Assembly (NCBI RefSeq): GCF_902713615.1
Contig: NC_052162.1
Span: 120,641,727-120,705,726, forward strand
Origin: Scyliorhinus canicula
Taxonomy: Eukaryota
Direction: 5' to 3'
DNA: 64,000 bases
Shown here: in pieces, positions 1 through 12,496 of the stretch
How positions within the stretch are numbered: position 1 is the first letter of the stretch
How the letters are laid out: each line of letters opens with the position of its first letter
Made by a program: the position numbers and the translations under genes
The notes under the pieces: generated by a model
What the model saw: only the letters and a program-made list of their open reading frames with translations
Told to the model about the DNA's origin: nothing
Database searches by the model: none

Positions 1-596
1 TTCTCCTGATTGTGAACAAGTTGGTGTCTTCTCAGGTTGGGTAAGTCATTGTATCCCTTTTCACACTGAGAGCAGGTGTATGGCTTCTCCTCAGCATGAA
101 CAAACTTGTGTCTCCGCAGATTAGATAAGTGAGTGAATCCCTTCTCACACTGAGAGCAGGTGAACGGCCTCTCCCCTGTGTGAACTCGCTGGTGTGCCCG
201 CAGGTTGATTAACTGACTGAATCCCTTCCCACACTGAGAGCAGGTGAACGGCCTCTCCCCAGCGTGAACTCGCTGGTGTATCTTCAGGCTGGACAACTGA
301 GTGAATCCCTTCCCACACTGAGAGCAGGTGAACAGCCTCTCCCCAGTGTGAATTCGCTGATGTAAATTCAGGCGAGATAACTGAATGAATCTCTTCCCAC
401 ACTGAGAGCAGGTGAACGGCCTCTCCCCAGTGTGAATTCGCTGATGTAAATTCAGGCTAGATAACTGCGCGAATCCCTTCTCACACTGAGAGCAAGTGAA
501 TGGCCTTTCCCCTGTGTGACTGCGTCGATGAATCTCCAGCTCTGATGGGGCTCTGTATCCCTTCCCGCAGTCCCCACATTTCCACCGTTTCTCCAT
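1..596 (-). CDS. C2H2 zinc-finger protein ZNF-A (at least 7 fingers; 3' end runs off the window)
   Basis: Manual translation from ATG at 596 gives [33 protein letters not shown]...CEKGYNDLPNLRRHQLVHNQE. Exact 84-nt periodicity (63,147,231,315,399,483,567) with no stop. Absent from the ORF track because it has no stop inside the window. Confidence 0.85.
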   Translation of the reverse strand, partial: MEKRWKCGDCGKGYRAPSELEIHRRSHTGERPFTCSQCEKGFAQLSSLNLHQRIHTGERPFTCSQCGKRFIQLSRLNLHQRIHTGERLFTCSQCGKGFTQLSSLKIHQRVHAGERPFTCSQCGKGFSQLINLRAHQRVHTGERPFTCSQCEKGFTHLSNLRRHKFVHAEEKPYTCSQCEKGYNDLPNLRRHQLVHNQE

Positions 597-1849
597 ATTT
601 TGGGTCTCCTCGAGTCTCTCCAGGGTGGACTATCAGTTGAAGTCTTGACCACACACAGAACACGTGTCTGGTTTCTCCCCGCTATGAAAGGTGCAATGTT
701 TTTTCAGGCTGTGCAACTGGTTAAAGCTCCTTCCACAGTCAGTGTGTGTGTCTCGGTGCTTTTCCAATCACAATGATGTTTAAAATCTTTTGAAGCCAAC
801 AGGTTGGGCAAACATTACTCCTTCTACATAATGGCTGATGAATCGAGTGACTGTCAGAACTAGATGTGATGTTTGAGATTTCGGTCTATAAATCCCATCC
901 TTTTTTTAACATCCTGTAAAAGGAGTTTACAAAAGACATCACTGTCAGTACAGGATAGAAAATCAGAACAGACTATTTTAATTTCTCTGGAACATTCTGT
1001 CCTCTCTCATTCCCCAAAAGCTGTAAATCTCCATCCCACACACTCTCTCTCCATTCTCACTCTGCTGTATCTAATATTCACCCTCCCAATTCTCCTGAAG
1101 GTGCTGATTCAGGCTGATTGACAGATCCATGCTCACTGCTTCCTGTCCTGGACACAGAGATCATAACAAACAGGAGCTGTAGTCGGCCATTCAGCCCATC
1201 GAGCCTGCTCAACCATTCAATGGGATCATTGGCCGATCTACATCAGCACCACTTTCCTACACTATGCCCCATATCCCTCGATATGTTCAATATCGAGAAA
1301 CATGTCAATTTCTGTCTTGAAAATACTTGATGACTGAGGCTCCACAGTCCTCTGGGGTAGAGAATTCCAAAGCTTCACTACATTGTCTTCAAATTCATTG
1401 AAGATCCCGGCCCCGTGTCACTGCCGTGTGGAGTCTGCACATTCTCTCCGTGTCTGCATGGTTCTCACCCCCACAACGTAAAACGATGTGCAGGGTCAGT
1501 GAAGTGGCGATGCTAAATTGCCTCTTAATTGGGAAAAAGAGAATTGGGTACACTGAATTTTTTTTTTTTTTAATTAATTTACAGGATTTGGGCGTCACTG
1601 GTTCGGCCAGTATTTGTTGCCCATCCCTAGTTGCCCTTCAGAAAGTGGTGGTGAGTGGCCTCCTTGCACACCCACTGTGCTGTTAGCGAGGGAGTTCCAG
1701 GATGTTGCCCCAGCGACAGTGAAGGACGGCGATATATTTCCAAGTCGGTCTGGTGAGTGACTTGGAAGGGAACCTCCAGGTGGTGGGGTTCCCAGGTATC
1801 TGCTGCTCTTGTCCTTCTAGATGGCAGTGGTCGCTTTGCTGAGCACCTT

Positions 1850-3072
1850 CGGTCTGAGCGCATTCAGGACCCTGACCTTCCCGTTGCTTGCCATTTTATT
1901 TATTTATTTATATAAATTTGGAGTACCGGGTTTTCCAAATAAGGGACAATTTTACCATGCCAATCCTCCCACTCTGCACATCTTTAGGTTGTAGGGGCAA
2001 GCACGGGGAAAATGTGCAGACTCCAAATGGACAGTGACCCAGAGCCGGGATCGAACCTGGGACCTCAGCACCGTGAGGGAGCAGTGATTAACCACTGTGC
2101 CACCGTCCTGTCCCTGCTTACCATTTTAACACAAGACCCTGCTCCCATGCCTGTCCTTGGCTTGTTGCAATGTCCCAGTGACGCTGAACGCAAACTGGAG
2201 AAACAGTAAATGTTCCGGTTAGGTACACTACAGCCTTCTGGTCTCAATATCGAATTCAAAAACTTCAGATAATTAACTCTACCCCACCTCAACCTCTTTG
2301 TTTTCATTCCATTTCATTTTAACTGTCCATTACCTGTTATTTCTTTCCTGTCTTTCTTCATAAAAATATATATTTCCCCCTCACTCTTTCCCCCTATCTT
2401 ATCCCCCCTTTCTTTACCTTTTGCTTCCCGCTTCCCCCCTTTTTCTCATTTTACCTCTCTCCCAACCATGCCCCCCTCCCCCCACATCTACATCTGTCAC
2501 AGCTTACCTTCTGATTTTAGTTTCTCTGCAGTTTGGTCTTTCTCACCTTTTATTCTCTCTGGGGACTGCCATAATAATCTTTATTTTTTTAATAATCTTT
2601 ATTGTCACAGGTAGAATTACATTAACACTGCAATTAAGTTACTGTGAAAAGCCCCTAGTCACCACATTCCGGCACGTGTTCGGGTACAAAGGGAGAATTC
2701 AGAATGTCCAAATGACCTAACAGCACATCTTTTGGGACTTTTGGGAAGGAACCGGAGAACCCGAAGAAATCCCACACAGACACGGGGAGAACGTGCAGAC
2801 TCCACACAGTGACCCAAGCCAGGAATTGAACCCGGGATCCTGCGCTGTGAAAATGCTAACCACTGTGTTACTGTGCTGCCCTTTCGTACTCTTTTCCCTT
2901 TGTTTCTGTAGTTATGACTGATCTTTCTTTCACTCGCCCTGCAGTATAAATATCTCCTACTGTCTATCCTTTTTACCTTTGATAAAGGGTCACCTGGACT
3001 TGAAAACATTAGCTCTTTTCTCTCCTCACAGGTGCTGCCAGACCAGCTGAGATTTTTCAGCATGTTCTCTTC
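1850..3072 (+). mobile_element. Penelope-like element 3' part (GIY-YIG C-terminus and tail), interrupted by two SINEs
   Basis: VACHF...VLGLLQCPSDAERKLE...FRLGTLQPSGLNIEF; tail gctgccagacc.gctgag. Related pieces at 45830-46310 (+) and 26440-26630 (-). Confidence 0.65.
2570..2882 (-). mobile_element. V-SINE variant with gtgacaataa tail (other copies near 6130-6350+, 19654-19930+, 46660-46775-, 49170-49420+, 55340-55725-, 56125-56298+)
   Basis: V-SINE head and core followed by cattctgaattctccc...gtggcgactagggg..ttttcacagtaactt...gtgacaataaag. Confidence 0.75.
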
Positions 3073-3221
3073 TGGAAATATGTAACGTAGCTACAGTACG
3101 ATATTACACAACAAAAAATAATAACAAATGTACTTTATTACACAACCAATAACATATCTAATCAGTACGATATAACAACACTACACTTATTACAATCCTC
3201 CATTAATTTACTGTCCCCTTA

Positions 3222-3750
3222 CATAAGAACATAAGAACTAGGAGCAGCAGTAGGCCATCTGTTTCCTCGAGCCTGCTCCACCATTCAATGAGATCATGCC
3301 TGATCTTTTGTGGACTCAGCTCCACTTTCCGGCCTGAACACCATAACCCTTAATCCCTTTATTCTTCAAAAAACTATCTATCTTTGTCTTAAAAACATTT
3401 AATGAAGGAGCCTCAAATGCTTCACTGGGCAAGGAATTCCACAGATTCACAACCCTTTGGGTGAAGAAGTTCCTCCTAAACTCAGTCCTAAATCTACTTC
3501 CCCTTATTTTGAGGCTATGCCCCCTAGTTCTGCTTTCACCCGCCAGTGGAAACAACCTGCCCACATCTATCCTATCTATTCCCTTCATAATTTTATATGT
3601 TTCTATAAGATCCCCCCTCATCCTTTTAAATTCCAACGAGTACAGTCCCAGTCTACTCAACCTCTCCTCGTAATCCAACCCCTTCAGCTCTGGGATTAAC
3701 CTAGTGAATCTCTTCTGCACACCCTCCAGTGCCAGTACGTCCTTTCTCAA
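3222..3750 (-). mobile_element. CR1/HER1-like LINE 3' end
   Basis: ORF 3316..3816 (LRKDVLALEGVQKRFTR...RVVNLWNSLP); (acataaga)n tail. Confidence 0.85.
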
Positions 3751-3751
3751 G

Positions 3752-4930
3752 CCATCTCCTGGGGAAACCAACCCTTTAGTTGGGAACACTAGAAAAGAGA
3801 CCATCAGGGGCAGCAAGGTAGCCCAGTTGCTAGCCCAGTTGCTTCACAGCTCCAGGGTCCCAGGTTCGATTCACGGCCTGGTTCACTGCCTGTGCGGAGT
3901 CAGCATGTTCTCCTCATGTCTGCGTGGGTTTCCTCTGGGTGCTCCAGTTTCCTCCCACAGTCCAAAGATGTGCAAGTTAGGTGGATTGGCCATACTAAAT
4001 TGCCCTCAGTGTCCAAAAGGTTTAGGTGCGATTACTGGGTTACGGGGATGAGGTGGTCTTAAGTCGAGTGCTCTTTCCAAGGGCCGGTGCAGACTCAATG
4101 GGCCAATTGGCCTCCTTCTGCACTGTAAATTCTATGAATCCTTTTAGCCAGACAAATAAATGTGTCAAGCTGAGGGAGCAAAGGATGTCAATGTCTTTAA
4201 GAGAGAGATACCTGGGCCAAGCTTTGCAGAGTCTGCACCCTCCCTGGATTCACTTCCTTTTCCTTCAGTTGCTGCAAGTGACCAATTGAAGGTGAGAATG
4301 AGAAAAGAAATGGAAAGGGGGAGAAAAGAAAGTGTTTTACTCACAGATGTTGGGCACAGCAGGATTTTTCAGTCTGCATGAAGCTGAAACGTCATTAACA
4401 CAAAGTCCGCGCTCTGATTGGCTGGAGGTCCAGTGTCCTTCCGGTCCTCCAACTCTTTCCATTGGTTGCTGGCCGACTGAAAAAAATGGGCAACGGATGT
4501 CACATGGTCATGGATGCCCTTTTGACCGCAATATGCTCATGCGCATAGTTTCCTCTCCTTTGGACATGCGCAGTCCGGGCTATCCCGCGCCCGGTGGATA
4601 GAGCGGTTCCCGCGGCGAGGGAAATTATGGGAGATTCAGCCGCCATTAACCAACTCCGAACAAGTCTCCAAACACCTGGGACTGGGATGAATGTGGGAGT
4701 GGGGGGCAGTGACCCCATTCCAGACACAAAGTACATGTGTCACTGGGTTTGATTCTGACATCCTCCGTAGAAAACAGTTTGTTAACTTCAGACACCTGGG
4801 TGACATATTGGGGAGGGCAACAGCGGAGTGTGAAGCTGAACCCGAGAGTCAGCAACTTCAGGGGAGGAGAATTGGGGGAAAAGCAGAAGAATAGTAGGAT
4901 GAATTAGTGTTACAATCAATAGGGAAGGAG
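3752..4930 (-). promoter_or_regulatory. Bidirectional promoter and 5' non-coding exon cassette for ZNF-A (interrupted by SINE 3808-4137)
   Basis: Near-identical to the cassettes at 37.5, 46.8, 54.3 and 56.6 kb; CATGCGCA (NRF1-like) twice, ATTGG (CCAAT) twice, CTTCCGG (ETS), CCGCCATT (YY1); GTGAGT donor and polypyrimidine/TTGCAG acceptor on the minus strand. Confidence 0.7.
3808..4137 (+). mobile_element. HE1-like V-SINE with CR1-type tail (other copies near 8740-9072+, 20412-20742-, 36575-36915+, 46310-46660-, 55765-56120+)
   Basis: tRNA-derived head with A/B boxes (ggttcgatt), V-domain (tgcgtgggtttcctccgggtgctccggtttcctcccaca), tail gggcc..atggcctcc...ctgtaaattctatg. Confidence 0.8.
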
Positions 4931-7900
4931 TGTGTGGAGGCAGAGACAGAACGACGCAGTATTTTCTGTCACATGATCATGAGCTTGGACAATTTTATCA
5001 AATCATTTGTGAAACCTGGATTTACAATATCCCTGTGAAACACCTTGGGATGTTTAATTACATTAAATGTGGTGTATAAATGCAAATTAATCTGTTATTG
5101 AAGGCTGTCACTTGGGCTCCTCCACTACCCAGAACACCAAGTCCCTGATCATGGACAGTCTGATTAACCAGTTTATTCACACAGATCCGACCAGCCCACC
5201 CAATCTCAGTGAATCTGCTGTTCTCAGGCTCCCTTGTAACTCCATCCCTGCTCTCACTGTGCTGAGCTCAAGTGTGAACAAAGCATTTTTGTCTTCAGAT
5301 TTTTAGTGTGAGACGTTAAACCTATCAGGAGACGGTGAATAGGCCGGGTCACTGCTCTCATCAAAATACAAGGCTGAGGGGCTAATGGAGGGCTGCAAAT
5401 TATGAAAGGTTTTGATACACATGAAGAATGTTTTCACTTGTAAGGGTAAGACAAAAACCAGAAGCAATGAATGTGAGATAATCTAATCAGGAATTCAGGA
5501 GAAACTTCTTCCCCAGAGAGTAGTGGGAATGTGGAACTCGCTACCACAGGGATTGGTGGAGGTGAATAACATCGATATATTTATGGGGAAGCTGGATGAA
5601 CACATGAGGGTAAAATGAACAGATGGATACACTGATCGAGTCAGATGGGAAAGCATGAGAGGAGGCTCAAGTGAAGTATAAACACTGGCATGAATTGGTT
5701 GGGCTGTTTCTGTGCTGTATATTCAATGTAATTTAGCCTTGTATTGCCTTTAACTCTCACATAGTAGATTCCGGGTTAAAGAGAAACAGTTTCACTCCCA
5801 GAAAAACATTTCAGTTCATTGAACAATAGCTGGAAACAATCAGTGCCTCTTGTCAGCCAGGTGTCCGTGTGAGGAGTCAAGATATTCAATTCAACTACAA
5901 AGATCATATGTAATTTGTACCAATATATCTTTGAAGAGCAGCTCTTTCCTTTCAAATGGACTGGATTATTTGAATTGATCAGGTTTTAATCAATTCTTTA
6001 AAGTGCTTAATTATCAGTCTTATTCAAATCAGAATTTGTTTTATACAAGACAAAGTAGGCACATGATCAGAACCCCATTCACCATCTCCACCATTGATAC
6101 CCAGTGGTAGCAGTGTGTCGCATCTACAAGCGACACAGTAACACAGTGGTTAGCACATTTGCTTCACATTGCCAGGGACCGAGGTTTGATTCCCGGCTTG
6201 GGTCACTGTCTGTGAGGAGTCTGCACATTCTCCCTGTGTCTGCGTGGGTTTCCTCCGGGTGCTCCAGTTTCCTCACACAAGTCCTGAGGAATTCTCCCTC
6301 AGTGTACCTGAACAGGCACCGGTATGTGGCAACAAGGGGATTTTCACAGCATCCTTTAACGGCAGCATCCATTTTCCAACGTTAGAGGTCGCTGTGGCTG
6401 TTGGATAGATTCACTGTGGCGCTCCAGTGAACGAGTCTGCCCAGGGTCCCCTTCCCTAGTCTCACCTCGCCAGCTTCCGTCCTTCATCAACCCAACCCTG
6501 TGCAAAGAGCAGCAAAGACGGGAGCATGGAGTCGAGGTGTAGATCAGCCAGGAGCTGAATGAGTGGCAGAGGAGATCCCCTTACTAAACTTCCCGTAAAT
6601 GTGTTTTAATGGGGATTGGGACCAGTTCTAATGTTTGTCTGTCTATCTCAAATATTTTAACGTGTTAACATACAGCTTCAGCATCTCAGATACACATCAA
6701 CCCTATTGGATGTCCCCATTTTATTGACCTGATCCAGGTTCGACTTGTTTATTAACTAAACACCTTATTATCTTCCAGGTCTTAATAATAAACAGCGGAT
6801 GTGCCAGATTAAACTGGATTTCCTTTAGTTCCTCCCGTCTTTCCCAGATATCAAAAGGAAATTGGATGGGGACTTGAGGGCAATAAACTCACAGGGGTAA
6901 GGGGATAGAAGGCGCGAATGGGACTGAATGGATGATTTACACAGGGTTAGCATGGACCCGATGGGTAGAATGGCCTCCTCCACTGCCCTAATGCCTCTCT
7001 GACTATTGTTACCATCTCTGTAGAGATTGATAACTTATCAAATGAAAGGAATCTCCAATGGAAAGAAAACCAATGGACAAAATTACACATTTTCAAACTT
7101 TTACTCAACAAACCAACTAAAATCGACACAAACCTGAATTAACAGGGACTGGATATTTCACAGAACAAGAGAAATTTCACTTTAATAGTCAGTACAACAA
7201 AGATACATCCCACATTGTTCTGAGCCCTCACATTACTTCCTGTGGAAATGTTGCACCATGGACAATCTCACAGTCTTCCCAATCTCCCTCTGCAATGTCG
7301 CATCCCTCACTTCCCACCCAATGGACTTGGCCTTCGAGTCACTTCCACCAACAGCCGCATTCTAGCCAAGGTCCGTGAAGATTGTGAACACCAACAAAGG
7401 GCACGTCTGTAAATGCTCTCTCTTTCGGGTTGTGACGCTCTTATGTCCCCAGAGACTCCATTTTTGGATCTCTTTAAACTGTATGGTTGGATTTCGCATA
7501 ACTGAAATAGAAGCAAGTGGTGTTTTCCGATCCACACCCCCTGCTCTCCTAGCCTTCAGCTAGCTGTCCTTTCCAACTGTGTAACACGCGACGTAACACA
7601 GTCCTTGCTGTATTCTCAGTGCACTGCTTCAACACCCAGATCTGTTGGAAGCTCCACGCTCTGTTTTGAACTGCAGGTTTCCTTATTAACTGTGTCTGTC
7701 CTTTACCCCCAGCAACCGAACCTGCTTCAGTGGGACGGAAAGTGTAACTGAATATACGATTATCTGTCTATTCAGCCTTGGCTTCTTCAGCTTTACGTTC
7801 CCAGAGCAACCTCAGGTCACATGGTCATTTCTTGGAACTGATGACCTCAGAACCAAGAAATCAATTCCTCTCCTTCAGAAGAATCTCCAGTTTCACTTTG

Positions 7901-8404
7901 GGTCTTAAAGGGTTCATTGCACAAAAAAGTATTTTCCCAAAATAATAATAAAACAGTACTAATAATTATTATTAATCTTACTATTAAATTATTAAAGGTA
8001 TTTTCCCAAAGTACCTGGGTCATCACATGCCCTCCCATCCCCAAGGAATAAAGCTTCTGAAGTAAGCATGTTTTCAGAATCCTTTCATGCTACAACACAT
8101 GTGAACATTATAAACACTGTAACAATGTCTTTATTACACACTGTTCAGATAATGGTTTCTCTTTGTCCCATTTTACAATGAAACATATCACCTTGGCAAT
8201 ACTATAAGCTTAACCCTGAACAAAACTAACCCTAATGTGACAATGAGGTTTGAAAGTTCAGCTTGCTCGAGAGTCCCAGTGCTCTTGTCAACAAGAGTCC
8301 ATTTTACTATTGGTAGATTCACTTTCTTTGAACCTTCCCAAGAGATCTCCTTGCCCACCTCACACAGTCTTCCCAGTTTTCCTTGGTGAAGAGGTTGTGC
8401 TTCC

Positions 8405-8533
8405 TCAGATTCACCTGAGGAAGGAGCAGTGCTCTGAAAGCTCGTGTTTGAATGTTAACCTGTTGGACTTTAACCTGGTGTTGTAAGACTTCTTACTGCG
8501 CTCACCTCAGTCCAACGCCGGCATCTCCACATC
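8405..8533 (+). mobile_element. Penelope-like terminal repeat fragment
   Basis: cacctgaggaaggagc...gaaagctcgtg...aacctgttggactttaacctggtgttgt...ggcatctccacat. Confidence 0.6.
8412..8446 (+). ncRNA. Minimal type I hammerhead ribozyme motif
   Basis: CAC-CTGAGGA-A-GGAGC-AGT-GCTCT-GAAA-GC-TC-GTG: intact CUGAnGA and GAAA cores, stem II, palindromic AGCT stem III, and CAC/GTG stem I. Confidence 0.55.
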
Positions 8534-9419
8534 TTAGGCAGGAATACAATTGAACTGTTTCATTCAGTTACTGTAATTCCTTATTCATACAGTTTCAAAT
8601 GTTGAGGCTAATCAGAGCTTGAAGGTCTCTCTTGCCAGTACATTTATTCTCATTGCACATTCTTTATACATACAATTAAGCTTTTACATTTTTACAACAA
8701 ATAAAACTCAGGCTTTTACTATAATTACTGATTCATTATGGGGGCCTCACGGTAGCATGGTGGTTAGCATCAATGCTTCACAGCTCCAGGGTCCCAGGTT
8801 CGATTCCCGGCTGGGTCACTGTCTGTGTGGAGTCTGCACGTCCTCCCCGTGTGTGCGTGGGTTTCCTCCGGGTGCTCCGGTTTCCTCCCACAGTCCAAAG
8901 ATGTGCGGGTTAGGTGGATTGGCCATGCTAAATTGCCCATAGTGTAAGGTTAATGGGGGGATTGTTGGGTTACGGGTATACGGGTTACGTGGGTTTAAGT
9001 AGGGTGATCATTGCTCGGCACAACATCGAGGGCCGAAGGGCCTGTTCTGTGCTGTACTGTTCTATGTTCTATTACAGTTTCATTAATTGTAACTTAATTA
9101 AGGATCACCAGGTATTTCATCATCTGTTACAGACTTATAGCTAATTAATATAATATTTAATTAATACATTTGATTAATGCAAGATATACTGGTTCTCTAC
9201 TGAGTAGTACTACACTCTGTATGCTTCACCCGGTGTCTGTCTATATATTTACATTGTGTATTTATTAAATGTCCTATTTTATCATGTATAGAGCAACCTG
9301 TCTGGACTGCACGCAGTACAATACGTTTCGCTGTACCTCAATACACGTGACAATAAATCAAATCCAATCAAAAAGACAGTTTCTCACTCGTCTTCAGATT
9401 GAACAATGAGACTTCTTAA

Positions 9420-9790
9420 AAATGATTCATTCATGAGAGGTGGGCATCACTGGCTGGGCCAGCGTTTACTGCTCATTCCAATTGCCCTTGAACTGCGTGT
9501 CTTGTGAGGCTAATTCAGAAGTCACTTACATGTCAACCACCACATTGCTGTGGATCTGGAGTCACGTGTAGGCCAGGCCACATAAGGAGAGCAGATTTCC
9601 TAAAGAACATGAGTGAACCAGACGGCTTTTTACAACAATCGCCAATGTCAACATTAGACTTAATTTGAGGCTTTTATTCAATTTCAATATCTGTCGTAGC
9701 CAGATTCGATCTCAGATCCCCAGAGCATTAACCTGGGTCTCTGGATTACTCGGCCAGTAACAATACCATTACACCACTGCCTCGCCCACA
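9420..9790 (-). mobile_element. Older tRNA-derived SINE sharing its 3' tail with the LINE at 57340-58895
   Basis: Head tggtgtaatggta...gtaatccagagaccc; tail aaacgctggcccagccagtgatgcccac. Confidence 0.55.
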
Positions 9791-12496
9791 TAGTCTTGGC
9801 AGAATATAATGTCTTGTAAATTCTCAAAATTATAAAGTAATTTATTTTTTCAAACAAATTCTGATAGCTCTACAGTTTCTGAAAACATTTTTGTTGATGG
9901 TGTTATTTTCTGAAATAAAGTCTTTACAAAATAATTAACTAATACACCAATTCACTAATGATAATCAATGTTCACTGCTGAATAATCATTAATTTATTTA
10001 TTGCTTTTTGCTATGAAATCAATACACAATTAATATAGAAAAGGTACAGAAGGTGAAATGGCTGCAGGAAGCCACGTGTTAGAGGTATAAAAGGGCTGCC
10101 TTGACCTTGTTACTAATAACAGTGAATACACTATAAAAATAACAATTTTGAAACTAAATGTGATTACACATGCGCACTTACAGCTTCTTACATTACGACA
10201 GTGAATATATTTCCAAAAGTACGCCATTGGCTTTAAAACACTTTTGGAGGTCCAGTGGTAATGAGAGGTTTTATAGAAATGTACACTTGTTCCAATTGTC
10301 TGCAATCCAGGATATATTACACTCGGTGTCCTCACCAAGATCATTGATAAAGATTGAGTCTTAATTTTGTGTAATAACATCGTTGACACCATTTTGATAC
10401 TCTGTGAAACCCCAGACACATCATATGCACAATGTGTTGTTGTGACTTGGAATGCACTGTCTATAAATAGTGCTGAAATCTCATTGCACTGTAACTTCCA
10501 AAAGGGAATTTGATGCATTCTGAAAAAAAAGTCGAATAATGGGATTAAATGGATCGCTATCACAAAGAGCTGGCATAGGGAAAATGGGCCAAATAGACTC
10601 CTCTGTGCTCAAGGAGCCTTGTGTACATGTAAAACGAGTGGTAATGACCTGGAACCTACTGCCTATAAAGGTGGGAGATGCAGAAATGAGGGAAGGATTT
10701 CAACAGAACATTGGATGGGCACTGAGAGAAATCAACCTACAGGGATTCGGGGACAGAACGAGGCAATGGACAGACTGATTTGCTCCACAGAGAACCAACA
10801 TGGTCTCAAAGGGCTGAATGGCCCCATTCCCCACCGTCCAGATGCTGTGATCTCAGGAGAGAAATTCAGCTGCTCCAGTCACTCCAACTAACTGGAGTCC
10901 CTTATCCCTGGAGCCATTCTTGTAAATTTTCACAGTAACTTCACTGCAGTGTTAATGTAAGCCTACTTGTGACAGTAATAAAGATCATTATTGTAAATGT
11001 CCTCTGCAATCCAAGAACTTCACATCTTTCCTAAAGTGTGGCCATATATAAGGTTCCATTCCAGAGGGATAGAATTGAAAAGCAGGGAGGTTATGTTCAA
11101 CTTGTTTAGAGCCAGGGTCAGGCTACACTGGGAGCACTGTCAACATTTATCATCTCCATTTAGAAAAAGGAAATAGAGGCACTGGAGAAGGTGCAACAAA
11201 GATTCATAATATACAGAACTGAGAGCACTTAACACTCGGGAAAGGCTGGGGCTGCTTTTTTCTGGAAAAGAGAAGACTGATGGGTGACCTGATGGAAATC
11301 TTTCAGTTTTTGTGAAGGGATTCAATAATCCAACAGGAATTTCAGTAGAAACCGCTTTACCCAGCGAGTGGTGAGAATGTGGAACTCACTACCACAGCAA
11401 GTGGTTCAGGGGAACAGCATGAATCCATTGAACAGGAAGCCAGATACATACATGAGGGAGAAAGGAATAGAAAGAGATGCTGATGGGGGAGATGTCGAGG
11501 GGTGGGTGGAGGATCATGTGGAGCATAAATACAGCACAGACCATGGCTAACCTCAGCCGGTATGGGAATTTAACTTGTGCTGTTGGTGTCACTCAGCAGG
11601 AAACAGCCTTCCAGCCAACTGAGCTAACCCGATCCCTGTGTAAATCTGTAATAATTGCTTAAATATTACTGATTGTCTGTCTCACACCATACTATTTAAT
11701 GTAGTTTCCCAGTGCCCCTCAGACAACTTGCCCTTCATATCTGGATAGTTTCCTTCTGTGAGAAGCACCAAGATAAATTAAACAAAAGAACCATGAAACC
11801 ACCATAGCCCATCTTCAAGGCAATGTGGCATGATTTTTGGGTTTACAAACAGAAATAGTAATGTAACATCTTCTAATCTCCAAACATCCTTTCACTCTTT
11901 GATCCTTGTGAAATGTGAAACCAGATATTCGCAAGAAGGCTCAGAGAGAATCAGCCCACTGGAGGCGAAGTCGTGAGACCGGCCAGTCCAGCAGAAGGAA
12001 ACCCTCTGACCATCCCCATTGACCAACAGAATGAAACAAATGCAGTCCTGGATATAATTGACAACAGAAATAATAACAGCAGAATCCAATCCCTGTAATC
12101 AGTTGTGAACTTGTTGGTGTCTCAGAAAGTGCACTGAAGTGGGCAGCATGGTGGCGCAGTGGTTAGCATTGCTGCCACACGGCGCCGATGTCCCAGGTTC
12201 GATCCCGACTCTGGGTCACTGTCCGTGTGGAGTTTGCACATTGTCTCCATGTGGAGACAACTTCTCCCTGTGTTTGCGTGGGTTTTGCCCCCACTACCTA
12301 AAGATGTGCAGGGTAGGTGGATTGGCCATGCTAAATTGCCCCTTAATTGGAAAAAATGAATTGCGTTCTCTAAATTTCTATATAAAAAAAAAGTGCGATG
12401 AATTACAAAACCTCGTCACACATTGAGTGCAGGTGAATGGCCTCTCCCCAGTATAAACTCCCTGTTGTGACTGCAGATGGCATAACCGAGTGAATC

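Noticed and set aside
1082-1147. 66-nt exon as a coding N-terminal effector (MDLSISLNQHLQENWE) or KRAB-like exon
   Set aside because: The ATG is present only in ZNF-A and ZNF-E. In ZNF-E the spliced frame hits TAG two codons into the next exon, and there is no KRAB motif. At most it is vestigial.
10030-10563. 177-aa and similar short ORFs in AT-rich or repeat regions
   Set aside because: They show no recognisable domain, overlap decayed CR1 or SINE sequence, and are consistent with chance ORFs.
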